NCBI RefSeq assembly: GCF_000012925.1
Contig: NC_007517.1
Location: forward strand, 1,230,001 to 1,262,000
Length of the DNA: 32,000 nt
Direction of reading: 5' to 3'
From: Geobacter metallireducens GS-15
Lineage (GTDB): Bacteria; Desulfobacterota; Desulfuromonadia; Geobacterales; Geobacteraceae
The translations under genes were made by a program, and so were the position numbers. Under the pieces are notes generated by a model, which saw only the letters and a program-made list of their open reading frames with translations, was not told the DNA's origin and did no database searches. Below are positions 1 to 11,298 of the stretch, one piece after another; the first letter of the stretch is position 1; every line of letters begins with the position of its first letter.

Positions 1-1
1 C

Positions 2-358
2 GAGATCCGGCGGGATTCCTACGACATGTTCCGCACCATGAGCCGTCGCCACAGCCACGCCGTCGGCATCGCCGGCTACCTGACCGGCGCCGAGATCGGG
101 AGCTTCCGGGTCAAGAAGGGGGCGCCCCTGGAGGGTGAGAGCCTCCGCCAGGGCACGCTGCGGAGCCGCTCGGGAGCAACACTCCTGGTCATCAAGCGGG
201 GTGACGAAGTGACTCCCAACCCCGATCCGGTCTGGGTGTTGCAGGAGGGTGACATCGTGCTGCTTCTCGGCACGCCGGAACAGTTGGCTGCCGCAGCGCG
301 GCTCTTCGAGGCGCCGACGGTACCCTCGAAGGGGACAGCGGTTTTGGGCGCCCACTGA
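2..358 (+). CDS. C-terminal fragment of a TrkA-C (RCK_C) domain protein; the 5' end is outside the window
   Basis: Frame 2 is open from base 2 to TGA 356-358. The tail GAEIGSFRVKKGAPLEGESLRQGTLRSRSGATLLVIKRGDEVTPNPDPVWVLQEGDIVLLLGTPEQL fits the TrkA-C pattern (G..l..l.lR...g..v.aikRg.....P.....l..GD.l.l.G). Confidence 0.6.
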   Translation, partial: EIRRDSYDMFRTMSRRHSHAVGIAGYLTGAEIGSFRVKKGAPLEGESLRQGTLRSRSGATLLVIKRGDEVTPNPDPVWVLQEGDIVLLLGTPEQLAAAARLFEAPTVPSKGTAVLGAH

Positions 359-384
359 CACACCACAATCAACAGGAGGAAACC

Positions 385-855
385 ATGAAGAAAGTTCTCG
401 TAACCTACTACTCCCGCAGCGGCAACACCGAGAAGATGGCGCGGATGATCGCCGACGGCCTCGCCACGAAGGATGTAGCCGTTGACCTCAGGAAGGTGGA
501 AGAGGTGGAGCTCGACACGCTCCCCTCCTACGACGGCTTCATCGTCGGTTCCCCCAACTACTTCGGCACCATGGCGTGGCCGGTGAAGAAGTTCGTGGAC
601 GAGAGCGTCAAGTACTTCAAGAAGCTCGACGGCAAGGCGGCGGCCGCCTTCACCTCCGAGGGGATGATCGGGGGGGGCGGCGACACGGTGGTCCTCGATA
701 TCCTCAAGGCATTCCTGATCCACGGTTGCGTCGTCCAGGGGCTCACCTCGGCCGGCCACTACGGTCCCGTGGCCGTTGGGGCTCCCGACGGGCGGATCGC
801 CGACGAGGTCGGTGTACTGGTGGACAAATTCGCGGCGCTCGTGAAAAGGATCTGA
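385..855 (+). CDS. Flavodoxin-like FMN protein (flavodoxin/WrbA fold)
   Basis: The N-terminus MKKVLVTYYSRSGNTEKMA carries the flavodoxin phosphate-binding loop (S-x-S/T-G-N-T). A caggagga RBS lies just upstream, and codon usage matches the neighbours. Confidence 0.8.
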   Translation: MKKVLVTYYSRSGNTEKMARMIADGLATKDVAVDLRKVEEVELDTLPSYDGFIVGSPNYFGTMAWPVKKFVDESVKYFKKLDGKAAAAFTSEGMIGGGGDTVVLDILKAFLIHGCVVQGLTSAGHYGPVAVGAPDGRIADEVGVLVDKFAALVKRI

Positions 856-1463
856 TGACCGCCGGGGGGCTCCATAACGGCAGCGGGGGGATGGAATCCG
901 CCCGTCACTGCCGGGAGCTGGTCGAGCGGTGGCTCGCTGACGGGAGCTTCGATGCGCGGCTCCCTGAAGTGGTCCGACTGCGCGGCGTTCTCCAGCCCGA
1001 GCAGTACCATGCCGAGGGGGACGCCTGGACCCACACCATGCTCGCCATGGAAGCCGTCCCTGACGACGCCGACCCCCGCGTCTTCTGGGGGGTGCTCCTC
1101 CACGATATCGGAAAGGCCGAAACCACCGCCTTCATCAAGGGACGGTGGCGCTCCTGGGGGCATGCGGAAGCCGGGGCCGGGGAGGTGTCTGCCATCATGA
1201 CGCGGCTCGGCTTCCCGCACCTTGCTGCCGACGTGACGTGGCTCGTCAAGCATCACACCTTCCACTTCTCTTGGAACCTGACCCCCGGCGCACGGCTTTC
1301 GCCCAAGCAGCGCCGGTTCATGGAGCACCCCCTCTTTCCGCTCCTTCTGGAGGTCTGCGACGCCGACGCCGCCGGCTCCCGGGGAGGGAGCGACAAGGGG
1401 GTGAAGATCGGGCAGCTGGCCGACATGTACGCCGACGTCACCAAAGGTTGGGCGGATTCGTGA
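855..1463 (+). CDS. HD-domain phosphohydrolase family protein
   Basis: ATG 855 overlaps the flavodoxin stop (TGATG). The protein contains HAEGDAWTHT ... GVLLHDIGK (H...HD metal-binding motif) and a later HH pair. The longer 576 start in the ORF track is an Arg-rich out-of-frame overlap of the flavodoxin gene and was not used. Confidence 0.7.
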   Translation: MTAGGLHNGSGGMESARHCRELVERWLADGSFDARLPEVVRLRGVLQPEQYHAEGDAWTHTMLAMEAVPDDADPRVFWGVLLHDIGKAETTAFIKGRWRSWGHAEAGAGEVSAIMTRLGFPHLAADVTWLVKHHTFHFSWNLTPGARLSPKQRRFMEHPLFPLLLEVCDADAAGSRGGSDKGVKIGQLADMYADVTKGWADS

Positions 1464-1474
1464 GGGGGTAGTTC

Positions 1475-1813
1475 ATGAACGGGAAAACAGGGTTCATCGG
1501 CATCATCCTTTTGGCGCTGGTTCCGTGGAATGCTGGCGCCACCGAGACCGGCACCATGATCTGCAGAGGGGGGATCGTTTCCATCGGCGACGCCATCCCC
1601 GAGGTGCTGCAGAAGTGCGGCCCCCCCGCTTTCTCTTCCCAGCGGGAGCAGGTGGAAGTCGGCGGCAGCGTAAAGCCCGGCGTCAGCCGCACCTACACGA
1701 AAGTTTCGGTGGACGACTGGACCTATAACTTTGGACCCAACGAGTTCATGTACCGGGTTATCTTCGAGAATGGCAAAGTAGCGCAGATCGAGAGCCTGGA
1801 ATGGGGATACTGA
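1475..1813 (+). CDS. Secreted small protein, DUF2845-like
   Basis: It has an N-terminal signal peptide (MNGKTGFIGIILLALVPWNAGA). The Cys pair, the DDWTYNFGPNEFMYRVIFENGKV..IE tail and the ~110 aa size resemble the DUF2845 family. This assignment is from memory and unverified. Confidence 0.55.
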   Translation: MNGKTGFIGIILLALVPWNAGATETGTMICRGGIVSIGDAIPEVLQKCGPPAFSSQREQVEVGGSVKPGVSRTYTKVSVDDWTYNFGPNEFMYRVIFENGKVAQIESLEWGY

Positions 1814-1881
1814 CGAAGTAAAGTAAACAGAGTTGTTTTTGCCGGAGCCCGTGGTTTACTTCTGAAGAGGAGGTAAGACCC

Positions 1882-2499
1882 ATGGGACGCACCAGCCGCT
1901 TTACCCTCCAATCATCGGAAATCACCCCCGAGAGCATCTCTCAGACCCCCTCTACTCCTACAGAATTGACATCCGATCCCCGTTTCCAGGCGGTGGAACG
2001 GACCATCAAGCAGTTCCAGTGCCGGGCCGACGCCCTCATTGAGGTGCTCCACGTGGCCCAGGAGGCCTTCGGCTACCTGAGCGACGAGCTCATGGCCCAC
2101 GTGGCGAGGCAGTTGAAAATCCCCTTCAGCCAGGTCTACGGGGTCGCCACCTTCTACCACTTCTTTTCCCTTGAACCCCGCGGCGCCCATACCTGCGTCG
2201 TCTGCACCGGCACGGCCTGCTATGTGAAGCGATCCGCCGAGATCCTTGTGCGCCTTGAGCAGGAGTTCAGGGTCAAGGCCGGCAAGACCACCGAAGACGG
2301 TGGCCTCACGCTCTCCACAATCCGGTGCCTTGGTAGTTGCGGCCAGGCGCCAGTCATGGTTCTTGACGGGGAGACGGTGGGACAATGCACCCCCGATTCG
2401 GCCGTTGTCGCGGTAAAGGCGCTTCAGGAGAGCGGCCGGCCCCGGCCGAACGATGAGGGAGGGGTGCGGCAGGAGGGGGGAGGGGGGAGAACCCCATGA
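1882..2499 (+). CDS. hoxE: NAD-reducing [NiFe] hydrogenase diaphorase subunit HoxE (NuoE-like, [2Fe-2S])
   Basis: NuoE/thioredoxin-like 2Fe-2S Cys pattern (CVVCTGTAC ... CLGSCGQAP). A gaggagg RBS is present, and the stop overlaps the hoxF start (ATGA at 2496-2499). Confidence 0.85.
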   Translation: MGRTSRFTLQSSEITPESISQTPSTPTELTSDPRFQAVERTIKQFQCRADALIEVLHVAQEAFGYLSDELMAHVARQLKIPFSQVYGVATFYHFFSLEPRGAHTCVVCTGTACYVKRSAEILVRLEQEFRVKAGKTTEDGGLTLSTIRCLGSCGQAPVMVLDGETVGQCTPDSAVVAVKALQESGRPRPNDEGGVRQEGGGGRTP

Positions 2500-4205
2500 A
2501 CAGGGCTGATCTCAGGCATATGGCCGAGGCGGAGCAGGAGCGTCAGGAGCGGTTCCGTTGCCGGATCATGGTCTGCGCCGGTACGCCGTGCCTGTCGGCG
2601 GGGGCCCAGACGGTTCTCGATTCCCTGCGGAAGGCGCTGGCCGAGAGCCGCCTTGACGCCGAGATCGAGGCAGTGGCCAGCGGGTGCATGGGGCCGTGCA
2701 GCAGGGGGCCCCTCGTCAAGGTACGCCAGCAGGGGAAGAAGGAGATCATCTTCGAGCGGGTCACCCCCGAGCTGGCGCGGCAGATACTCCTTTCCCTCGC
2801 CAAGGGGCGCCGGCCGCCGACAGTGTCGGCCCTGCCGCCGGATTTCCCGTTCCTGGCTCGTCAGATGAAGGTGGTGCTGGCCAACAGCGGCTCCATCAAC
2901 CCCGAGCGGGTCGAGGAATACGTGGCTGCCGGGGGGTACGGCGCCCTGGCCCATGCCCTCCACGAGCTGACCCCCGACGACGTCTGCCGCGAGGTGTCCG
3001 TCTCGGGCCTCCGGGGGAGGGGGGGCGCCGGTTACCCCACCGGCGTCAAGTGGAACCTGGCCCGCAAGGCCAACGGCGAGCGGAAGTATGTGGTGGCCAA
3101 CGGCGACGAGGGAGACCCCGGCGCCTACATGGACCGCTCCATCATGGAGTCGGATCCCCACCGGATCCTGGAGGGGATGGCCTTGGCCGGATACGCCATC
3201 GGCGCCGAACAGGGGTTCATCTATGTGCGGGGCGAGTACTACCTGGCGGGGAGGCGGCTGGAGGCGGCCATCCGAGCCGCGGAACGCGCGGGGCTCCTGG
3301 GGAGCCGGGTCTTCGGGAGCAATTTCAACTTCCGGATCGATATCCGCACCGGCGCCGGCGCCTTTGTCTGCGGCGAGGAAACGTCGCTCATGGCCTCCAT
3401 CATGGGGAGACGGGGCCAGCCGCGACAGCGCCCCCCCTATCCGGCCCAGCAGGGGCTCTGGGGATGCCCCACCCTCATCAACAACGTGGAGACCCTCGCC
3501 ACCGTGCCGGCCATCATGGGGAAAGGGGGGAACTGGTACGCGGGGATCGGCTCGGCCGGAAGCAAGGGGACCAAGGTCTACGCCCTTGCCGGCCAGGTGG
3601 AGATCGCGGGGCTCATCGAGGTCCCCATGGGGACGACCCTGCGGGAGGTGGTCTTTGACATCGGCGGCGGCATTCCCGGCGGGAAGCGCTTCAAGGCGGC
3701 CCAGTCGGGGGGGCCGTCGGGAGGGTGCATCCCGTCCGGGGAGCTGGACACTCCCCTCGACTACGAGAGCATGCAGCGGGTCGGCACCATCATGGGGTCA
3801 GGGGGGCTCATCATAATGGACGAGACGAGCTGCATGCCCGACGTGGCTTCCTTCTTTCTGGATTTCTGCCGGGACGAGAGCTGCGGCAAGTGCGTCCCCT
3901 GCCGGGTCGGCACTGTGGAGATGCACCGGCTGCTGCGGAGGATCACGGGGGGGACCGCCACCATGGACGACCTGGCGAAGCTGGAGGAACTCTGCGAGCT
4001 GGTGGGGGCCGCGAGCCTCTGCGGCCTCGGCATGACCGCCCCCAACCCGGTCTTGAGTACGCTCCGCTACTTCCGGGACGAGTACGTGGAACACATCAGC
4101 CGGCACCGTTGCGCGGCCGGCGTCTGCTCCATGGCGGAAGTGCCCGCCGGCCCCGAGCAGGAGGCGCTGCTGCACGCCATGGGTGGTGCCGGGGAGGAGG
4201 CGTGA
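2496..4205 (+). CDS. hoxF: Diaphorase subunit HoxF (NuoF-like, NAD/FMN/[4Fe-4S], with an N-terminal 2Fe-2S thioredoxin-like domain)
   Basis: NuoF signatures are present: [41 protein letters not shown] and [10 protein letters not shown]. Confidence 0.9.
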   Translation: MNRADLRHMAEAEQERQERFRCRIMVCAGTPCLSAGAQTVLDSLRKALAESRLDAEIEAVASGCMGPCSRGPLVKVRQQGKKEIIFERVTPELARQILLSLAKGRRPPTVSALPPDFPFLARQMKVVLANSGSINPERVEEYVAAGGYGALAHALHELTPDDVCREVSVSGLRGRGGAGYPTGVKWNLARKANGERKYVVANGDEGDPGAYMDRSIMESDPHRILEGMALAGYAIGAEQGFIYVRGEYYLAGRRLEAAIRAAERAGLLGSRVFGSNFNFRIDIRTGAGAFVCGEETSLMASIMGRRGQPRQRPPYPAQQGLWGCPTLINNVETLATVPAIMGKGGNWYAGIGSAGSKGTKVYALAGQVEIAGLIEVPMGTTLREVVFDIGGGIPGGKRFKAAQSGGPSGGCIPSGELDTPLDYESMQRVGTIMGSGGLIIMDETSCMPDVASFFLDFCRDESCGKCVPCRVGTVEMHRLLRRITGGTATMDDLAKLEELCELVGAASLCGLGMTAPNPVLSTLRYFRDEYVEHISRHRCAAGVCSMAEVPAGPEQEALLHAMGGAGEEA

Positions 4206-4921
4206 TGTCGGTCGTGACCCTGACCATCGACGGCGAGCTGGTGAGCGGCCGGCGGGGGGAGACGCTCCTCCAGGTGATCCGCGAGCACGGCTTGGCGCTT
4301 CCCACCCTCTGTCACCTGGAGGGGCTTTCCGAGCGGGGGGGATGCCGGCTCTGCATCGTGGAGGTGGAGGGAAGCCCCCGCCCCATGCCCGCCTGCAGCA
4401 CCGCCGCCCGGGAGGGGATGGTGGTCCGGACCGCCACCGACCGGCTCATCCGCTACCGCCGCATGATCGTGGAACTCCTCTTTGCCGAGCGCAACCACTA
4501 CTGCGCCGTCTGCGTCTCCGCCGGAAACTGCGAGCTCCAGACGGTGGCAGCCACTCTGGGGGTCGACCATGTCCGCTACGAGTACCTCTCCCCCCGGCTC
4601 ACCATGGACCTCTCCCACGAGCGGTTCGGCATCGACCACAACCGCTGCATCCTCTGCACCCGCTGCGTGAGGGTCTGCGACGAGGTCGAAGGGGTCCATA
4701 CCTGGGATGTCTCCTGCCGTGGAGTCCGGAGCCGGGTCATCGCCGACCTGAACCATCCCTGGGGGCGGAGCGAAACCTGCACCAGTTGCGGCAAGTGCGT
4801 CCAGGTCTGCCCCACCGGCGCCCTCTTCACCAAAGGGGCAGCGGTGGGCGAGATGGTGAAGGATGCCGGCATGCTCACGCGGGTTATCGAGGGACGGGAC
4901 AAGAAGGGATGGCAGGAATGA
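4205..4921 (+). CDS. hoxU: Diaphorase Fe-S subunit HoxU (NuoG N-terminal-like)
   Basis: ATG 4205 overlaps the hoxF TGA (4203-4205). The sequence [13 protein letters not shown]...[15 protein letters not shown] is a plant-type 2Fe-2S motif, followed by [11 protein letters not shown] and [16 protein letters not shown] 4Fe-4S motifs. An in-frame GTG at 4202 is also a possible start. Confidence 0.85.
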   Translation: MSVVTLTIDGELVSGRRGETLLQVIREHGLALPTLCHLEGLSERGGCRLCIVEVEGSPRPMPACSTAAREGMVVRTATDRLIRYRRMIVELLFAERNHYCAVCVSAGNCELQTVAATLGVDHVRYEYLSPRLTMDLSHERFGIDHNRCILCTRCVRVCDEVEGVHTWDVSCRGVRSRVIADLNHPWGRSETCTSCGKCVQVCPTGALFTKGAAVGEMVKDAGMLTRVIEGRDKKGWQE

Positions 4922-4933
4922 CGGGGGGCGGCA

Positions 4934-5476
4934 ATGGGTAGGCGGGGAAGGATCCGGTTCGCCACGGTCTGGCTCGGTGGCTGCTCGGGGTGCCACATGA
5001 GCTTTCTCGATCTGGACGAGCGGCTCGTGGAGCTGGCCGGCCTGGCCGACATGGTCTACGGCCCTTTTATGGATGCGAAGGAATTCCCCCGGAAGGTGGA
5101 CGTGACCCTCGTGGAGGGGGCAGTCACTAATCGGGCCAACCTGGCCATGGCCTTGATGCTGCGGGAACGGAGCCGCATTGTCGTGAGCCTGGGCGACTGC
5201 GCCGTGACTGGCAACGTGACGAGCCTGCGGAACCAACTGCCGGTGGCCGACGTCCTGGCAACCTTCCTGAGCTGTGGGGAAGGGAGCGTTCCCGCCATGG
5301 ACTACAATGCAGTGCCGGAGCTTCTCCCCCGGGCGCTCCCCCTCCATCAGGTGATCGCGGTGGACGGGTTTCTCCCCGGCTGCCCCCCGGACCCGGAGAG
5401 GATCTGGACCGCCATCGGGTGCCTCCTGCGGGGGGAACCGGTTCATCTCGAATCAGATATGCTCACCTTCGGATAG
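4934..5476 (+). CDS. hoxY: [NiFe] hydrogenase small subunit HoxY
   Basis: The N-terminal [22 protein letters not shown] is the proximal-cluster motif of group-3 small subunits. The position between hoxU and hoxH fits. Confidence 0.85.
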   Translation: MGRRGRIRFATVWLGGCSGCHMSFLDLDERLVELAGLADMVYGPFMDAKEFPRKVDVTLVEGAVTNRANLAMALMLRERSRIVVSLGDCAVTGNVTSLRNQLPVADVLATFLSCGEGSVPAMDYNAVPELLPRALPLHQVIAVDGFLPGCPPDPERIWTAIGCLLRGEPVHLESDMLTFG

Positions 5477-5483
5477 GATTGCC

Positions 5484-6914
5484 ATGTCACGCACCATTAC
5501 CATAGACCCCGTCACCCGCATCGAGGGGCATGCCACCATCACCATCCGGCTCGATGATGCCGGCTCCGTGGCGGACGCCCGGCTCCACGTCACCGAGTTC
5601 CGGGGCTTCGAGGCCTTCTGCGTAGGGCGGAGCATCTGGGAGATGCCGGGCATAACGGCCCGCATCTGCGGCATCTGCCCCATCAGCCACTCCATCGCCT
5701 CCGCCCGGGCCGGCGACGCCATCCTCGGCGTGGATATCCCCCCGGCCGCAGAGCAGCTGCGGCGCATCGCCAACCTGGCCTCCCTCATCCAGAGCCACGC
5801 CCTCAGCTTTTTCCACCTCTGCGCCGCCGATCTCCTCCTGGGGATGGACCACGACCCGTCCCGCCGCAGCCTCTGGGGGCTTCTGGAGAGTCGCCCCGAC
5901 GTGGCCCGGCGCGGTATCAGGCTGCGGCAGATCGGCCAGCAGATCGTGAGCAACCTGGCGGGTGAGAGGGTCCACCCCTCCTGGGCCGTCCCCGGTGGGG
6001 TCCGGGAGCCCCTTGATGCCGAGCGGCGCCGGAAGGTCGTCGAACTACTCCCCGAGGGAATTGCCATCATCCGCTCGGCTTTCGAGCTGCTCGACGAGAT
6101 CTACGGACGCCATGGCGCCGAGGTCGGCACCTACGGCGATTTTCCCTCCCTGTTCGCCGGCCTTGTGGGGGAGGACGGAGGACTCGAGCACTACGACGGC
6201 ATGCTCCGCTTTACCGACAGCTCCGGTGCCGTGGTGGAGGAGGTCCCCCCTGACCACTACGACCTCGCCATCGGCGAGAGGAGCGAACCGTGGAGCTACA
6301 TGAAATTCCCTTTCTACCGCAACCATGCCGGGCGTGATGGGGGAGGGATGTTCCGGGTGGGGCCCCTGGCCCGTCTTAACCTCTGCGAACGGGCCGGCAC
6401 CCCCGAGGCTGACCGGGAACTGCAGACATTCCGGCAGCTGCGGGGCACGGGAGGGGTGGTCACCGGCAGCTTCCACTACCACCATGCCCGGCTCATAGAG
6501 ATCCTCCACGCCCTGGAGCGGATTGGCGAGTTGCTGGACGATCCCGCCATCCTTGACCGTCACGTCCGGAGCGAGGCGGGGGTCAACCGCCGACACGGCG
6601 TCGGCTTCTGCGAAGCCCCCCGGGGGACCCTCTTCCACGACTACGAGGTGGACGACGACGGCCTCATTCTGCGCCTCAACCTCCTCATTGCCACCGGGCA
6701 GAACAACCTGGCCATGAACCGGACCATCCTGGAGGTGGCCAGGTCGCATATCAAGGGGGGGAAAGTGAGCGAGGGGATTCTGAACCGGATCGAGCACGGC
6801 ATCCGCGCCTACGACCCGTGCCTCTCCTGCGCCACTCACGTCTACGGCAGAATGCCGTTCCAGGTGTTGCTCCTGGCGCCGGATGGGACGGTGGTGGATG
6901 AGATAGCGAGCTAA
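5484..6914 (+). CDS. hoxH: [NiFe] hydrogenase large subunit HoxH (group 3d)
   Basis: N-terminal VTRIEGH and RICGICP (L1 Ni-binding CxxC), plus C-terminal DPCLSCATH (L2) followed by a 24-aa extension. Confidence 0.92.
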   Translation: MSRTITIDPVTRIEGHATITIRLDDAGSVADARLHVTEFRGFEAFCVGRSIWEMPGITARICGICPISHSIASARAGDAILGVDIPPAAEQLRRIANLASLIQSHALSFFHLCAADLLLGMDHDPSRRSLWGLLESRPDVARRGIRLRQIGQQIVSNLAGERVHPSWAVPGGVREPLDAERRRKVVELLPEGIAIIRSAFELLDEIYGRHGAEVGTYGDFPSLFAGLVGEDGGLEHYDGMLRFTDSSGAVVEEVPPDHYDLAIGERSEPWSYMKFPFYRNHAGRDGGGMFRVGPLARLNLCERAGTPEADRELQTFRQLRGTGGVVTGSFHYHHARLIEILHALERIGELLDDPAILDRHVRSEAGVNRRHGVGFCEAPRGTLFHDYEVDDDGLILRLNLLIATGQNNLAMNRTILEVARSHIKGGKVSEGILNRIEHGIRAYDPCLSCATHVYGRMPFQVLLLAPDGTVVDEIAS

Positions 6915-7262
6915 CCCTGGCGGTTTCCCCCAAGAGCAACCACTTCTCAAGATCAATCCGCGACCTTGGCATCATCGATTCCACGGTGCGTGAAGCCAGA
7001 CTCTTAGCCTGTGGTCAGGTGGCAAAAAACCGAAACATTGTCATCTATTTCCTTGAGAATTTTAATTTACACCCTGCCGAAGACTGCGTATATTTCAGCT
7101 GGAAATGCCTTTGTTTAAAGCGTTGGCAAGCCGAATTGCATGGAAAATTTTGACATGGGACGCACAGGCAACATTGTGGCTGATGCCGTATTGATTGATT
7201 CGTGGAACTGAGCTTGAGACGATAATTTCAGAGGACTTCAGAAGTGGAACCAGATGCTGTAA

Positions 7263-7315
7263 GTTTCCTATATAGGATACCTATTGCGGTTTCCTATATA
7301 TAGGAAAACCTATTA
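7263..7315 (+). promoter_or_regulatory. Two tandem palindromic operator-like sites upstream of the AT-rich ORF
   Basis: gtTTCCTATATAGGAtacctatt (perfect 12-bp palindrome TCCTATATAGGA) is followed 26 bp later by TTTCCTATATATAGGAAA, a perfect 18-bp palindrome at 7290-7307, then aacctatt. The sites lie 30-80 bp upstream of ATG 7343. Confidence 0.4.
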
Positions 7316-7342
7316 ATAAGTAGTTATTTTCAAGAGTGAATT

Positions 7343-8065
7343 ATGATCCAAGATAAAACGAGGCGCTTTTTCAAGATTGACGTAATTTTGGTGATAATCG
7401 CCAGTATTAGTGCCTTCTTTATGGTTAAGGCAAGCGATGATTATCTCCCGTCGAGCCTTAATAAAACCTGTATCGGCCGTGCAATACTACAATTCGAAAA
7501 TGGCAATCAACTAATCTTCAATCTTGCCGTTGGCATGCTGGTCGGCCTTTTTGTGTACGTCCTTGTTTCACGGCTTCCCGAGCGCCAGAAAAGGATAAGA
7601 ATACGAAACCACTTACTTCGCCAGTACGAAGCCTTCAGATATGAAACAATTCGAATACTTGTGTCTGCTCAGGGTGCTACATATGCAGGAAATTTAATAG
7701 AAGAGCTCATGGACAAGAAAAGTTTCAGACAGTATTTTGAAACCAAAGTTTCTGAAAGTGAAACACGATGGAGCAGGGTAGTCAATAATTTTAATGATTA
7801 CTGCTTCAGAGAGCTTTCAGTTGAATTTGATATACTCATAAGCGAGATACTGCTTGCGGTACACACGATTGATATTGAGACTGAAAAAGTCTTCTCGCAA
7901 ATTAATCATATTAGGCACGTTTCCATGTACGTGAAGTCTCTAGGCCAAGAGTACGACGACAGGAAAACATTATTTCGCTATCTATGGTCTGTCAACTCGG
8001 GCTTTTCTTTTGAACACGGGTACGCTCATCCAGATATTATTGAAGAGGCGATACTTGCTATATAA
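7343..8065 (+). CDS. Hypothetical two-TM membrane protein with a ~160-aa helical cytoplasmic domain; no family recognised
   Basis: It is the only long ORF in a ~35-42% GC stretch. Two hydrophobic helices are present (FFKIDVILVIIASISAFFMV and LIFNLAVGMLVGLFVYVLV, followed by RLPERQKRIRIR). The RBS is weak. Confidence 0.6.
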   Translation: MIQDKTRRFFKIDVILVIIASISAFFMVKASDDYLPSSLNKTCIGRAILQFENGNQLIFNLAVGMLVGLFVYVLVSRLPERQKRIRIRNHLLRQYEAFRYETIRILVSAQGATYAGNLIEELMDKKSFRQYFETKVSESETRWSRVVNNFNDYCFRELSVEFDILISEILLAVHTIDIETEKVFSQINHIRHVSMYVKSLGQEYDDRKTLFRYLWSVNSGFSFEHGYAHPDIIEEAILAI

Positions 8066-8074
8066 AAAATAACA

Positions 8075-8097
8075 AAGCGCAGCAGCAGTCTGCGCTT
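8075..8097 (+). terminator. Possible weak stem-loop terminator after the AT-rich ORF
   Basis: aagcgcag-cagcagt-ctgcgctt gives an 8-bp perfect stem 10 nt after the stop. No U-tract follows. Confidence 0.3.
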
Positions 8098-8149
8098 CGC
8101 TCCGCTGCTGTGCTCTCTACCGTTAGCCTGAAAGAAAGGAAGGCCAACC

Positions 8150-8701
8150 TTGAACAATGAGCTTCGGGATGAGCTGCTCTCAATGCAACATGAAGATCAG
8201 AAAACATTGCAGGAGCTGATCGATTCTGGCGAATTGGGTACGGTCGAATACCATCCAACAATTAAGGACGTCCACGAGCGAAATAACAAGCGCATAAAGG
8301 AAATCATCGGACAGCAGGGATGGCCAGGGATTAGCCTGGTAGGTAAGGAAGCTGCCGAGGCTGCTTGGCTCATCGTCCAGCATGCGGTACTTGACACTGT
8401 ATTCATGGAATCATGCTTGGCACATCTTCGAGAGGCTGTTAAAAGGGGGGAAGCGGAGGGGAGCCACCTTGCTTACCTACAAGACAGAGTACTCACTATG
8501 TCTTGGAAACCTCAAATTTATGGTACGCAACACGATGTCGATGAAAGCGGTACGGCCTTCCCGTTGCCGATGGAGAATCCTGTAGAAGTTGACAGTTTGC
8601 GAAGGGAAATGGGATTGGGCACCTTGGCCGAAGCGACGAGGCGCATACAGGAAAGGGTGAATGCTATACGCCGAAATCGTAAGGCTAACCAAGCCGAGTG
8701 A
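8150..8701 (+). CDS. Hypothetical protein, probably the uncharacterised ~180-aa DUF6624-like family
   Basis: A TTG start at 8150 lies behind an aaagaaaggaagg RBS (the alternative is ATG 8183). The pattern QGWPG.SLVG.EAA.AAWLIVQHA ... LAYL.DRV.....PQIYGTQ ... P.ENP..VD.LRREMGL resembles that family. The assignment is from memory. GC is ~48%. Confidence 0.65.
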   Translation: MNNELRDELLSMQHEDQKTLQELIDSGELGTVEYHPTIKDVHERNNKRIKEIIGQQGWPGISLVGKEAAEAAWLIVQHAVLDTVFMESCLAHLREAVKRGEAEGSHLAYLQDRVLTMSWKPQIYGTQHDVDESGTAFPLPMENPVEVDSLRREMGLGTLAEATRRIQERVNAIRRNRKANQAE

Positions 8702-8745
8702 CCTTTCCCCGTAAAACTCAGCCTTGCACGCTTCGTGATTTCGGT

Positions 8746-8941
8746 TTAGAGGATCACTGGTAGCCGCTCCGTAAGCCGGATCTCCTCCGGCGTCACCAGG
8801 GCCCGGTAGGCGAGGGACTCGACGCCACTCGCCACGGCCAGCCGGAGGAGCTGTCCGTATTTCGGGTCAATGGCGTCGGCCGGTGAAACAGCCTCGCCGT
8901 CCCCCCGCTGCACCACGTAGAAAATCACCCCGCGATCTCCC
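8746..8941 (-). pseudogene. sfsA: sfsA pseudogene, 3'-terminal fragment (about the last 64 codons)
   Basis: About 95% nucleotide identity by eye to 18277-18472 of the intact sfsA. It translates to [59 protein letters not shown]. The fragment ends exactly at the IS21 left end. Confidence 0.85.
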
Positions 8942-9004
8942 TGTCAACGGCAATCGAAAATTGACCCACTTTACCGGTTGATCGGCAATTGAAAAATGAC
9001 CCAC
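8942..9004. repeat. IS21 left terminal repeat block
   Basis: tgtcaacGGCAATCGAAAATTGACCCAC (ends 8969) and a second copy GGCAATTGAAAAATGACCCAC (8984-9004). Both are mirrored at the right end. Confidence 0.7.
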
Positions 9005-9013
9005 CTTCCTGGG

Positions 9014-10848
<1,835 letters not shown>

Positions 10849-10865
10849 CTAGGTTATCAGGAAGA

Positions 10866-10917
10866 GTGGGTCAATTTTCAATTTCCGAGGTGGGTCATTT
10901 TTACATTGCCGCTAACA
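10866..10917. repeat. IS21 right terminal repeat block
   Basis: GTGGGTCAATTTTCAAT (10866-10882) and GTGGGTCATTTTTACATTGCC (10890-10910) followed by gctaaca. These are reverse complements of the left-end motifs. Confidence 0.7.
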
Positions 10918-11047
10918 TCCCCACCGCACCATCTCCATCAGTTCCCGCAAATGCTTCTGCCCCCGTTCCGTCACGGCGTCGGGGAAGAGGGCAGCGCCCC
11001 GGTTTACCTTCCAGGAGGAGGTCAATCCGGCTCCTTTTTCCCCGTAG
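10918..11047 (-). pseudogene. sfsA: sfsA pseudogene, central fragment (continues 8746-8941 across the IS; 5' half missing)
   Basis: It aligns to 18469-~18645 of the intact copy but lacks ~44 nt (intact 18544-18587), which causes a frameshift. It is more diverged than the 3' fragment. Homology stops near 11047, so the first ~110 codons are absent. Confidence 0.75.
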
Positions 11048-11256
11048 AGGTGGCCCCCTCACCCGGCACCGCTTCCGCCCAAGCGCAAAACGCTGGTAGC
11101 GGAGAGCAATAATGCCAGCCCAAGTGCAGCCGGTGAGAAAAGCCTTGTGCCCGTACTTGGTCTCCCGCCGTTTCCTCGAAATAGAAGACTACCTTTTCCG
11201 AGCCGGAAACCTTTTCTCTTTGAGATTCAGTTACAATATATTTTTTTATCAAAAAT

Positions 11257-11274
11257 AAAAGTGTCGACACTTTT
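11257..11274 (+). promoter_or_regulatory. Perfect 18-bp palindrome, candidate GntR/FadR-type operator (site 1)
   Basis: AAAAGTGTCGACACTTTT has a GT-N-AC-type core typical of GntR-family operators. It lies just upstream of the -10 box. A half-conserved second copy, ggTGTCGACAaaa, sits at 11333-11345 and abuts the ATG. Confidence 0.5.
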
Positions 11275-11298
11275 TGCTTGAAAATCTAAAATATGGGG

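Noticed and set aside
670-677. G8 homopolymer tracts inside coding regions, at 670-677 in the flavodoxin gene and 24974-24981 in the ATPase gene. These could in principle be slipped-strand phase-variation switches.
   Set aside because: Both tracts simply encode Gly runs (MIGGGGD and EVEGGDP) and are in frame. The tracts are short for phase variation, and nothing else suggests contingency behaviour.
4067-5446. Very long antisense ORFs opposite annotated genes. Examples are 4067-5446(-), 12884-14230(-), 14482-15621(-), 15892-17340(-), 20547-21800(-), 21530-22753(-), 23530-24741(-), 25884-26756(-), 27952-29457(-) and 29820-30752(-).
   Set aside because: These are typical shadow ORFs of high-GC DNA. 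Their translations are Arg/Gly/Pro/Ala-rich low-complexity strings without motifs. The opposite strand carries unmistakable family signatures, RBSs and coupled starts.
10866-11112. Plus-strand ORFs 10866-11099 and 10906-11112 next to the IS21 end.
   Set aside because: They run antisense through the IS terminal repeats and the sfsA pseudogene fragment. Their translations are Pro/Arg/Ser-rich with no RBS.
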